From contig NC_042998.1 of NCBI RefSeq assembly GCF_006345805.1, positions 186,620,001 through 186,684,000 on the forward strand: a stretch of DNA of 64,000 nt. Reading direction: 5' to 3'. This document shows, one piece after another, positions 51,139 through 63,086 of this stretch. The position numbers and the translations under genes are program-made. The DNA comes from Octopus sinensis (Eukaryota). Position 1 is the stretch's first letter, and each line of letters opens with the position of its first letter. The notes beneath the pieces are model-generated. The model had not been told where the DNA came from. It searched no databases and saw only the letters and a list, made by a program, of their open reading frames with translations.

Positions 51139-51521
51139 CTAGCAGTATCGCCCGGCGTTGCTCAGGTTTGTAAGGGAAATAACTATAAAGCATTTTTAGA
51201 GAGTTATAGCCAAAAAATAGCAAAAAAATGGAAAAAAAATGATGGTAAATTTTTTTGAGAGTTAAAAAAGGTGGAGTTGCGTCCCCTAGACGGTCTGTGG
51301 TTTGGGTTTCTGATTCTCGACCCCATGTCGAATTTATCGATTTTTTTCAGAACTGGGGGAACTTTTCAAAATTTTCGCTGCGTTAGTTTTGAATTATGAC
51401 ATTGGGCTATGTGTGTGTCAAGTTTCATCAGAATCGGTTGAAAGCCGTGGTCAGAGTGAGGGTACGAGAAAACAGACACACAGAAAACGCACAGACAAAC
51501 TGCCGTTTATATAGAGAGAGA
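51139..51521 (-). mobile_element. Non-autonomous Helitron, second subfamily
   Basis: A|TC...CTAG|T; shares only the 3'-terminal region with 4808 and 15082. Confidence 0.85.
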
Positions 51522-51811
51522 TAACAATGCACCCTGATCGTGACTTAAGTTACTTCGTTAAACGTGTGTGTACGTTGGGGGGAGATGTGTGTTTGGGTGT
51601 GTGTGCGTCGCGCACGCGTTGGAAGAGAGAGGGAGAAATCAAACAAGTTTCGTTTGTGCCTAGCCTTTTTTTTGCATTTATATTTTTACTGAAACAGCAT
51701 TCTTCAACATTGTTCTAATGCAATCTGCATGTTTCCTTAAGAAACATTATCCATAAAATGCAAATAAGTGTGCAACTCAGTCTACGCCTTCTGACTTGGA
51801 TACGCCGAATT

Positions 51812-52324
51812 GGATAATTTTCCTTTTGAACAGCAGTTTGTAACATAATTTCTAGGTAGATAAAAGGTTTTAAACTTCGTATACTGGTAGAATGTGTTTA
51901 TAAAACATCATTTTCTCTTGGCTTTATTGCCAAAATTCTATAGGTTGTAACATATTTCGTCTTTAATTTCGAGCATTTCGGCAATTTTAACCAATCAACA
52001 ACCTCCATTGACGTAAATAACATAATGAATATGACCCTCCTTTAAGAAACAGATTGGGTTTATTTACATTTGTGAAGAAAAAAGATACCCTTCCCCCACC
52101 TCTAACCCTAACCCTAACTCTAACCCTAAATCTAAAATAGATTGAAATGCAATAGATCGATACTAGGGTTATAATTATGGGTGACAATTTCATACGACAC
52201 CGCTAAGTTTTTTATAGCGGTGTCGTATGAAATTGTCACCCATAATTATAACCCTAGTATCGATCTAAATTTTTTAGTTACCTAGAAATTATGTTACAAA
52301 CTGCCGTTCAAAAGGAAAAGATCC
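51812..52324 (+). mobile_element. Rearranged Merlin-like MITE with internal 53-bp perfect hairpin
   Basis: Arms 52153-52205 and 52215-52267; right end is an inverted left-type end; no TSD seen. Confidence 0.85.
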
Positions 52325-52692
52325 TATTCACCTTAGTTCGTAAATAATATATTACAAATATGTTTAAGGCAGCGAGCATCTGGTCTGTATTTACGTTCTG
52401 AGTTCAAAATTTCGCCCAGGTTGACTATGCCCTTCGTCGTTTCGGGGTCTATAAAATAAGTACCAGTTGAACACCGGAGTCGATGTAATCGACTAGTACC
52501 CTTCCCACTTGTGCTAAAATTTGAAACCATTATTACAAATATATTTCCACATGCAAGTAAGACTAAATGTAAAATTTTACCGGTAAAAGGAGCAAAATAC
52601 CAATATAATTTTTAACTGTAAAAGTGTAATTCTGAAGATTGAAACAATTAACAGTAAACATGTACCATTTTAATACTTGAGTTGAATTATAT

Positions 52693-52920
52693 ATTTTTTT
52701 ATTGCCCACAAGGGGCTAAACATAGAGGGGACAAACAAGGACAGACAAAGGGTCGATTGCATCAGCCCCAGTGCGTAACTGGTACTTTATTTATCGACCC
52801 CGAAAGGATGAAAGGCAAAGACGACCTCGGCGGGATTTGAACTCAGAACGTAACGGCAGACGAAATATCCCTAAGCATTTCGCCCGGCGCGCTAACGTTT
52901 TCTGCCAGCTCGCCGCCTCC
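52693..52920 (-). mobile_element. SINE family A, 15-bp TSD
   Basis: TGAGTTGAATTATAT at 52678-52692 and 52921-52935. Confidence 0.92.
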
Positions 52921-52998
52921 TGAGTTGAATTATATTTCAGCTACTACTAATGTAATCATAAAAAATAGTGCCGGGAGAAAGGTTTTCTTTAAAGAGAT

Positions 52999-53388
52999 GG
53001 AATGGAAGCACTCCGTCGGTTACGACGACGAGGGTTCCGGTTGATCCGAATCAACGGAACAGCCTGCTCGTGAATATTAACGTGTAAGTGGCTGAACACT
53101 CCACAGGCACGTGAACCCTTAACGTAGTTCTCGGGGATATTCAGCGTGACACAGAGAGTGACAAGGCCGGCCCTTTGAAGTACAGGTACAACAGAAACAG
53201 GAAGTAAGAGTGAGAGAAAGTTGTGGTGAAAGAGTACAGCCGGGATCACCACCATCCCCTGCCGGAGCCTCGTGGAGCTTTTAGGTGTTTTCCCTCAATA
53301 AACACTCACAACGCCCGGTCTGGGAATCGAAACCGCGATCCTATGACCGCGAGTCCGCTGCCCTAATCACTGGGCCATTGCGCCTCCA
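52999..53388 (-). mobile_element. tRNA-SINE family B, 12-bp TSD
   Basis: CTTTAAAGAGAT at 52987-52998 and 53389-53400. Confidence 0.92.
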
Positions 53389-53773
53389 CTTTAAAGAGAT
53401 ACAGTTGTGATGACTAGAGGAGGAGTTGTAGATGCAACAGATAGTCATATTGTAATGGTATTCAATTTACTAATTCAGACGGAAAGGATTCGTAATGATA
53501 GAAAGGACAGGGAAAACTCAACGATTCCATGCACCGATATTTGTAAAGCTTTTGGAAAAGTATTCCAATACACCTAATCGATATCTCTTGAATAAGTTTT
53601 GAATATTTGTAAGTGTAGCAGTTGCACTAAGTCTCATATAAGTACAGTACTCTAATTTGGGTCACATTTACGTTTTAAACAAGGGACAAAAATTGATTAG
53701 AAATGAAATATTTTCCGGTCCTGGATAGGAAACTGAGCTTTAAGTACGCCGTTTTTTTTGTTTATTATTATTA

Positions 53774-53818
<45 letters not shown>

Positions 53819-54260
53819 TATTATTATTATTATTTTCTTTTTGCCAGTGTTATGAACGTGTGATCGCCATGAAAGTTCATTCGAGATTAACATCTTTAAT
53901 TATAGATCTGTTTGATTATAGCCGAACTGAAGCTAAATAACATCTTTGATGGTTTTAACAGTGTTGCTTGTGAATAAGGAGAGTGCAGTGTTGCGAGACG
54001 GTTTCCTCAATATATGACGGCTTATTATTATTATCATTGTTGTTGTTGTTGTTATTAAGGCAGCTGGACGAAATACTCAGTGGTATTTCGCCCATCGCTC
54101 CGATCTGAGTTCAAATGCCACCAAGGTCGACTTTGCCTCTCATCTTTTCGGGGTCGATAAATTAAGTACCAGTTGAACGCTGAGGTCGATGTAATCGACT
54201 CATCCCCTTTCTCAAAATGGCTCCCATTGTGGAAAAATTTGGAACCATTATTATTATTAT

Positions 54261-54803
54261 TGAGTGAGAGAGCAGTGCATGCCATCAAATTGACACTGGG
54301 GTAAAATATACGAAGCCCAGTATACCCATCATGACTACCCGTCTGATAAGGGTACACCAGGCACATGCATCACAACCATATGTGCGTGACATGATGATCT
54401 CATATCAAGATAAACAGCTCATGACCATGCTGGTGGGGCCCAGTTAGAATTTTCTTCTGGTCGAGCAGCCCATTCTGCTCAAAAGGTTGTTTAAGGATGT
54501 TGAACGAGACACACATGCTTCCAGAGGTGAATTATTTAAACCCCCCGAAGAATCCCTCTCAACACATGGCTACGATGCTCCCCCACTACTTCTGCTCGTG
54601 ATCAGAGATGCACATATCGTCAGCCACTAAGGGACATGGTCAACCGGCCGGGGTCAAACAACTGACAAGTAAATCTGTGGTATTGAGCAGAATATTTGAT
54701 GTAGTCCATATTTTATACCAAGACAGAACAACGTACATGATAACACTTCCAATCAGTTACGGTCAGAAGCCATGAGAGCCACTGTTTGGTACTGCATCAG
54801 GGC

Positions 54804-54804
<1 letters not shown>
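54261..54804. mobile_element. Unclassified probable interspersed repeat bracketed by (ATT)n tracts
   Basis: More GC-rich block between (ATT)n at 54248-54260 and 54805-54880; single copy in the window. Confidence 0.35.
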
Positions 54805-54872
<68 letters not shown>

Positions 54873-54879
54873 CATCATT

Positions 54880-55960
54880 ATTAGTGATATTAAAGAAAAC
54901 TAGACTGTCGTGTCCCCTTTGGGAAATGTTTCCGAAAAATATGTCCATGGAATTTTGTTTTTGGATTTGGTTTGCAAGATTCTTTATATGAGTTCGTGTG
55001 TTGAAGCATATTCTGTTGTGTCTGGGGAGAGTCATTTTCTTTTTGTGCCCTATAATGTAACACACTCACCAGTAAAATTTCCACTTATTTCATATATCGG
55101 ACAGAGTCAAGACTATTGAAAAGGTTGCAAGACACAACGAAAATTTTAGGAGAATAAAAATATGAAATAAGTGAAAATTTTACCGGTGAGTGTGTTACAT
55201 TGTAAGGCACAAAAAGAAAATGACTCTCCCCAGTCACAACAGAATATGCTTCAACACACGAACATTGTTAGGCACAAAAAGAAAATGACTCTCCCCAGAC
55301 ACAACAGAATGTCCATGGAAGTTTTACAAGCCTGGCGAAGCCTGCCTATGCTGTACTGAATTATACTTGTACCTAGAGAATTTAAGTGTGAACGAGTGTG
55401 AAGAATGGTATCATCCGTGAAGAAGTATATGCTGTATGACGAAGCAGCAAGGTTGTTAGTGTATTGACGGGAGAACGTGGGAGCTATAAACAAACCCCAA
55501 AGCACGTACTATATATAATAGAATGTGGTTGAAAATGCATGAAAACTTCCAATTCAAGTGAGAGACAAGTGGAGTCCATAGACAGACAACTTATCTAGGA
55601 TGGATCACGCCAAATATGAATGAATGTTTTCAAAATACCAAAAACAACTCCAAAGTTCATGTGTTACTTGTAGAATCATCTTAACTTGATTAACAGGAAG
55701 GAGAAGTGTTGCGTGTTAGTAGAAATCCTGTTGGTAAAGTCGTAGTAGATTCTGTTACAATTTAGGAAGCGAAATGGCCTCATTTCCTTTCCTCGTTGTT
55801 ATATCTTGCAGGTGTTGATGACTGATCGGTTTCCTTCATATTTTCCACTCTTCTTCGCTTGCATAGTTTTGTCTGAACTATTCAGGTGTTATAAGGTTGA
55901 CTATGGTTGTGGAGAGACATGTTTAAGAAGTCGGTATACAAGTCACCCAATTAGATAGGG
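54880..55960 (-). pseudogene. Degenerate CR1/L2-type RT fossil, interrupted by the foldback element
   Basis: LFIAPTFSRQYTNNL...FTDDTIL (YADD-equivalent) and ILDKLSVYGLH. Confidence 0.55.
54953..55308. mobile_element. Foldback insertion (same family as 37433) with partial tandem tail, 12-bp TSD
   Basis: ATGTCCATGGAA at 54941-54952 and 55309-55320. Confidence 0.85.
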
Positions 55961-56017
55961 GTAATGGGGAGCTATTTTACTCCCAAGAAAAACTGACAAA
56001 TAATATTTTACACGTTT

Positions 56018-56591
56018 AAGGCGGCGAACTGGCAGAAACGTTAGCACGCCGGGCGAAATGCTTCGCGGTATTTCGTCTGCCGCTACGTTCTGAGTTCAAA
56101 TTTAGCCGAGGTCGACTTTGCTTTTCATCCTTCCGGGGTCGATAAATTAAGTACCAGTTACGCACTGGGGTCGATGTAATCGACTTAATCCGTTTGCCTG
56201 TTCTTGTTCGTCCCCTCTGTGTTTAGCCCCTTGTGGGTAGTAAAGAAATAGGTATTTCATCCGTCGCTGTGTTCTGAGTTCAAATTCCGCCGAGGACGAC
56301 TTTGCCTTTCATCCTTTCGGGGTCGATTAAATAAGTACCAGTTACGCACTGAGGTCGATATAATCGATTTAATCTGTTTGTCTGTCATTGTTTGTCCTCT
56401 CTGTGTTTAGCCCCTTGTGGGTAGTAAAGAAATGAGTATTTCGTCTGTCTTTATGTTCTGAGTTCAAATTCCGCCGAGGTCGACTTTGCCTTTCATCCTT
56501 TCGGGGTCGATAAATTAAGTACCAGTTGCGTATTAAGGTCGATTTATTCTACTGGCCCCCCTCTCCAAAACTTCAGGCCTAGAATAGAAAG
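56018..56591 (+). mobile_element. SINE family A head plus three units (i, i, ii)
   Basis: TSD AATATTTTACAC at 56002-56013 and 56592-56603. Confidence 0.9.
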
Positions 56592-56822
56592 AATATTTTA
56601 CACTTTAAAAAAAATTTTTTCTTTTAGTTTCCTTTCTACCCTCTTTTTCCTTCTAACTGTTACTACTTGTAGTGCTCATAATAATAGACTTCCGCGACGA
56701 CTTACTAGTTGATCAGAAATGGCTTACATATGCACACGGAGATTGTTACACAAATACACGGGTGCACAAATGCACTTACACACACGCACACATCTGTCTT
56801 TCTACACACCCTCATCCACACA

Positions 56823-56865
<43 letters not shown>

Positions 56866-58525
56866 CTACACTCACACACGCGCGCGCGAATAAATATCCA
56901 GAACATGTGTTTAATTTGTATTGGACACTCTTTCAAAGTAGAACAAAATATTCTTCAGCGACAACATTTGTTGATAAGGTACAGATGGAGAAAAATAGAG
57001 ATAGAAATTAGGCTACTAAAAATAGATTTCGTAATACATTAAATCTATGTAGCTTTTTGTACTTTATTGGGTTTCAGTGTCAATGTTCCAGTATCATAAG
57101 AACTTCAGTGAAATTTATTGGGCGTCGGTTGTTTCTGAGATAACAAAAGTCATTTTATAGGATTGTAACCAAGCATAAACATCAGCCATTTCTTTGTAGA
57201 TGATATAGCTCGTTACACCTTAACCTTTGACGACCTGTTGTCGAGACACTGCATATATAACCTGCCCATTCCAATGAACTTGGAAAATATTTGTCTCCTC
57301 TAACAGTTCAAAGAAATCACTGCGCTTATCAAAGAAACAATCTTTTACCTCCCTCTACTCTTGAACAACACTCAATTAAAATCTCAAAGAACTTTCAACA
57401 GCCATGCAATACAATCTCTTATGATCTTTTCTGATGACCCCCACATCCATAGTGCAGCTAAAAACTGTAAGACATTTCATTACTCAGAGTCAGAAATTAC
57501 TCCAGCACTGATCGCTTACTATTCTTGTGACAAATTTAAGCGAAAATCTCGCCTCTGGCAAGATGCCAAAATTTTAACCACCAGGCAGATCTGCAGAAAT
57601 GTCGACCACGGATTCTGTATAAAAAACTCTAAATTTTATAATAAAATATAATTTCATTAAAATACCACTTCATTAATATAGTATTAAGATAGTAGCGGGA
57701 CAAGCGAATATTTCACAGAATTAATGGTAAACCTATTGGGTTATTTCTGAAAACTTTATTCAGAAAACCTGAAAGCGTAGCCTGCTACTCATTGAAAAGT
57801 GAAAGAAATTGGAATACGATGATTACTTAATGCACTTTATATATACACTTTATATACTTTACGCACAATTTCCTAGACTTAAAGACAGCACTCATAAATC
57901 AAATATTCAGTTATTTTTCCATTTCACCATAAAAAAATATGCCGTACATATGATACAACCTTTAGTTAAATTGCATATATCTGTCACGTAAATAAGCGTG
58001 AATATTTCACAGAATTGCACTTATGCTCATGTGTTAGGTGATAGGTGCAATAAAAAAAAAACTTAGTACAATTATAAAAAGATACACTTTTCACTATCCA
58101 CGCACCACCACCATCTTCGCAGCCGCCACCACCACCATCCTCTCCCCCTCTCTCTCCCCTCTCTCCTCCCTCTCTTCTCTCTCCCCTTCTCTCTCTGCCT
58201 TTCTTTAACCTCACCATTAGAACATCGTCCCTCTGCTAAAATTATATTTTAAACTCTACCACTCTACCAACAACTAACTTTTTAACCACGTAATAAATAT
58301 TACGTTCCCCTTACCACACGTCATGGACACCCTTTTTCTTTCTCTCTTTCTTTCTGTCTCATTCTTCGCTTCATCCTCTTTTTTCTCTCTCCTTTTTCTT
58401 TCTCCTCTCTTTCTCTTCAACTAATCACTTGAAAGCGTTACAATTACATTCCCTCTACCTCACGTCATGGGCGCTACTCTCTCTCTTTTCTTTCTCCCAT
58501 TTTTTTCTCGAATCACGTGAAGCAG

Positions 58526-58634
58526 AACTTATACAAGATGATAGAATCTGGAATCAAAGGAAACCGCTGGTGGAAACTGATGAAGGAAACTGTTTTTGCC
58601 AAAACTCAGTCAATGTACATTTGGGGGAATATTG
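58526..58634 (+). CDS. Isolated candidate exon (two open frames: NLYKMIESGIKGNRWW... or ELIQDDRIWNQRK...)
   Basis: Long polypyrimidine tract, NAGNAG acceptor, G|gtaaag donor. Confidence 0.3.
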
Positions 58635-58784
58635 GTAAAGTTATTTTGCCATGAGGATTATTGGGTATAACGTTTCACCGCTTTGGCCCTTTTGTCCGAG
58701 AATGAGGAAATTTAGGTGAAAAAGGAAGACGACAGTTAAGCCAAAGAAGTATATTAGTACAACCATTCATTTATATAGAGACAA

Positions 58785-59310
58785 ATCCCTTTGTCTGTCC
58801 TTGTTTGTCCTCTCTGTGTTTAGCCCCTTGTGGGTAGTAAAGAAATAGGTATTTCGCCTGCCGCTACGTTCTGAGTTCAAATTCCGCCGAGGTCGTCTTT
58901 TGCCTTTCATCCTTTCTGGGTTGATTAATCGACTTAATCCCTTCGTCTGTCCTTGTTTGTCTCCCCTATGTTTAGCCTCTTGTGGGCAATAACGAAATAA
59001 AAATATTAAGTTCGGGTGTTTGGTAAAGTTTATTTAGCGTGATGATAGTAAGGAAATGTACCTATGTCTCTCTCTATATATTTCTTTACTACCCACAAGG
59101 GGCTAAGCACAGAGAGAACAAACAAGGACAGACAAACGAATTAAGTCGATTACATCGACCCCAGTGCGTAACTGGTACTTATTTAATCGACCCCGAAAAG
59201 ATGTAAGGCAAAATCAACCTCGGCGGAATTTGAACTCAGAACGTAAAGACAGACGAAACACCGTTAAGCATTTCGCCCGGCGTGCTAACGTTTCTGCCAG
59301 CTCACCGCCT
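58785..59310. mobile_element. Tail-to-tail pair of SINE family A elements (plus dimer 58785-59000, minus copy 59083-59310)
   Basis: Opposite-orientation consensus matches. Confidence 0.88.
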
Positions 59311-60929
59311 CACTGGTATTTTATATTATCGAACTTAATAAAAAATAGAAAAGTTTACACAGCAAACATAATGATTAACTTTCACTTCAAAGCATTAAAA
59401 AGCCAACTGAACTCCTAGCGTGAGTGGACGGAGACAATTCTTCCAATTTCGTTGTGTTTTGCGTCCAACAAAAATGTTAACTACCAGTTCTCGATTTAAA
59501 ACACTTCATTTTATTTCACCGTTGAGTATTACAACTTTTCTTGGGGCGATGCTGATGCCAACTTAACCATATCATAGTCTACATAAAAAAATCTTAACAA
59601 TTAGTAAACGTATTAATTTAATCAAAGCAATACAGTTTATGGCCCGCAGACGTGCTCTATCGTCAGTATTCTATCGTTATTGTGCTTTCTTGTCATCTAA
59701 ATCAGTTTGCTGTACCTTCACCTCGGGCCTTTGACACACCCGTCCCTTATTCTCTTGTTACCATTGCCATCAGTTACTCTTCAGGCCCAGCACTAACAAC
59801 TTTTACATAAGATTTCCTCCTTAAAACATCAAACTCCTGGAATTCTCTTCTTTTCCACGTTGCTGTTATTATTACTATAGTTGTTATTACTATTGTTGGT
59901 TAGCACTAATTGGAAACAGGGGCAATTTTGGAATAAGGAGTTGTATAGACGATTCTTTAAAGGTTCAGACAATTTTGGAATAAGGAGTTGTATGGACGAT
60001 ATTTTAAAGGTTCAGTCAGAGATGGAAGAGCAAAACCAATGACTTTTTTTCAGGGCCTCCTACACTGGGGGGACAAAAGGAAATCATCTCATACCGGCGG
60101 CATCGGTTTTTTCGCCGAAAAGGGGCTCTCGAGAACTTTGTAGTGGTGTTAAACTGGGCAACGGAACTAAATATAACATCTCAAGAACATTAACGATCAC
60201 TACTGCAGACTTCCATCCAATTTCTGTCTACCAAATTTCATTCACAAGGCTTTGGTCAACCTAAAGTTACGGTAGAACGTATCGCGCGGCGGGAACAACT
60301 CAGAAATCAGGTAATGCGAAATGAATGTCTTAACTACATTGTTCTGTCTGCGCTCCCTTTGACTCAACACCAGTAATCACCAAGAATTACTTTATTGAAC
60401 CTGAATTAAAGATGAAGCCGTCTCCATTTGTTTTCGAACGTCATAGCCTGAAATTAAATATTGAACAGCCTTCACCCACCACTTTACAATTTAAATCGTT
60501 AATATCATTTGCTTACATATTCGTGCAGCCGGAGTACAGCCGACTGAATCTATCTCGCAACATACTCCGCACTTATTTGATCGACAGTGGAAGAATAAAA
60601 GGGATGTGTTTGCTAATATTAGGCGAAGGGGGTAACTCGATTACATAGTCCCCTAGTGATCAACTAGTATTTATTTTATCGAACCCGAAAGGATGAAAGG
60701 CAAAGTCAACCCCGGCAACATTTGAACCCAGAACGTAAAGATGGACGAACTGCCGCCAAGCACTATGTCTGGCGTACTAATGATTCTGCCATCTCTCCGC
60801 CTTAGTCTTTGCTGATGTTACTTCTAATTAGGGCCTTGTGCCTAGAGTAGAAAAGGATATTACTTCTAATTTATGCACAAGGCCAGCAATTTTGAGAGAA
60901 GGTAGGTTAATCGAATACATCGATAGTAG

Positions 60930-61780
60930 CACTTTGCCCTTCATCCTTTCGGGGTCGATTAAATAAGTACCAGTTACGCACTGGGGTCGATATAATCGAC
61001 TTAATCCGTTTGTCTGTCTTTGTTTGTCCTCTCTGTGTCTGGCCCCTTGTGGGTAGTAAAGAACACCTGCCGTTACGTTCTGAGTCCAAATTCCGCCGAG
61101 GTCGACTTTGCCTTTCATCCTTTCGGGGTCGATTAAATAAGTACCAGTTACGCACTGGGGTCGATATGATCGACTTAATCCGTTTGTCTGTCTTTGTTTG
61201 TCCTCTCTGTGTCTGGCCCCTTGTGGGTAGTAAAGAACACCTGCCGTTACGTTCTGAGTTCAAATTCCGCCGAGGTCGACTTTGCCTTTCATCCTTTCGG
61301 GGTCGATTAAATAAGTACCAGTTACGCACTGGGGTCGATATAATCGACTGAATCCGTTTGTCTGTCCTTGTTTGTCCACTCTCTGTTTAGCCCCTTGTGG
61401 GTAGTAGAGAAATAGGCATTTCGTCTGCCGTTACGTTCTGAGTTCAAATTCCGCCGAGGTCGACTTTGCCTTTCATCCTTTCGGCGTCGATTAAATAAGT
61501 ACCGGTTACGCACTGGGGTCGATGTAATCGACTTAATCCGTTTGTCTGTCCTTGTTTGTCCTCTCTGTGTCTGGCCCCTTGTGGGTAGTAAAGAACACCT
61601 GCCGTTACGTCCTGAGTTCAAATTCCGCCGAGGTCGACTTTGCCTTTCATCCTTTCGGGGTCGATTAAATAAGTACCTGTTACGCACTGGGGTCGATATA
61701 ATCGACTTAATCCGTTTGTCTGTCCTTGTTTGTCCACTCTCTATTTAGCCCCTTGTGGGTAGTAAAGAAATAGGTATTTT
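60930..61780 (+). repeat. Five-unit tandem array of the SINE family A body (A-A-B-A-B)
   Basis: Junction variant AAGAACACCTGCC three times; diagnostic GTCTGGCCCC versus GTCCACTCTCT. Confidence 0.93.
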
Positions 61781-61848
61781 ATTTCATAGACTCTGGAAGA
61801 ATGAAATGAGGGATTTGAAAATCAGAATGTCGAACCAGAACAAATACC

Positions 61849-62193
61849 TATTTCTTTTACCACCCATAAGGGGCTAAACACAGAGAGGACAAACAAGGAC
61901 AGACAAACGGATTAAGTCGACTATATCGACCCCAGTGCGTAACTGGTACTTATTTAATCGACCCCGAGAGGATGAAAGGCAAAGTCGACCTCGGCGGAAT
62001 TTGAACTTAGAACGTAACGGCAGACGAAATACCTATTTCTTTATTACCCACAAGGGGCTAAACACAGAAGGGACAAACAAGGACAGACAAACTGATTAAC
62101 TCGATTATATCGACCCCAGTGCGTAACTGGTACTTATTTAATCGACCCCGAAAGGATGAAAGGCAAAGTCGACCTCGGCGGAATTTGAACTCA
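61849..62193 (-). mobile_element. 5'-truncated SINE family A dimer inserted in an older SINE head, 17-bp TSD
   Basis: GAACCAGAACAAATACC at 61832-61848 and 62194-62210. Confidence 0.92.
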
Positions 62194-62574
62194 GAACCAG
62201 AACAAATACCACTAAGGTAGTTTTCATACGCTCTAATTATCCTGTTAGTTTCCTGTCTTCAGTGTTAGCTAATATTGATATGATTTTTTTTTGTTTTAAT
62301 TATCCAAGCTGTTGCTCCGTCACCATAACTGCAGTGACGTCTATCATAACCTGATACTGAAATAGTTTACATTTTTTCTCCTTTTCATAATAATAACAGA
62401 GTCGTACATGTCAAAACAGGTTGTCATCGATTTACCTGTTTGGCATTCCCCTTGACATTATTTCTTAGAACACAAAAGTTAACAGCTTCGTATTGACGGC
62501 GATGACGACGGTATTCAAGTATAAATCTATTCAGAGGAAAAAAACACAGATAAAAATTTAAAAAATATTCTTTT

Positions 62575-63055
62575 ATTTCTTTTACTTGTTTCAATCATTA
62601 GGCTGTGGCCATGCTGGGGCACTGCCTTGAAGAATTTTAGCTGACCGAATCGACTCCAGCACTTATTTTTAAAGTCTGGTATTTACTTCATCGGTCTGTT
62701 TTGTCGAACCGCCAGACTTTGAGGGGCATAAACAAACCAGCACCGACTCTCAAGTGGTGGTCATGGTGGTGGTAGTGGTGGAGGACAACCTTATACACAC
62801 ACATACACGTACATACATACATGCATAATACATAAATACATACATACATACATACAAACATACATACATACATGCATAATACATACATACATACATACAT
62901 ACATGCATGCATGCATGCATACATACATACATACATACATACATACATACATACATGCATGCATGCATGCATGCATACATACATACATACATACATACAT
63001 ACATGCATGCATGCATGCATGCATGCATACATACATACATACATACATACATACA

Positions 63056-63086
<31 letters not shown>

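Noticed and set aside
57235-57651. Long plus-strand frame and a minus-strand exon candidate (57520-57614)
   Set aside because: Conflicting interpretations on both strands, no recognisable motif and no phase-compatible neighbouring exon.
59924-60017. 47-bp direct tandem duplication
   Set aside because: Ordinary local slippage duplication with no further structure.
60930-61780. Retrozyme (hammerhead-containing tandem repeat)
   Set aside because: No CTGANGA...GAAA core found on either strand by eye; the units are SINE bodies. An Infernal ribozyme scan would settle it.
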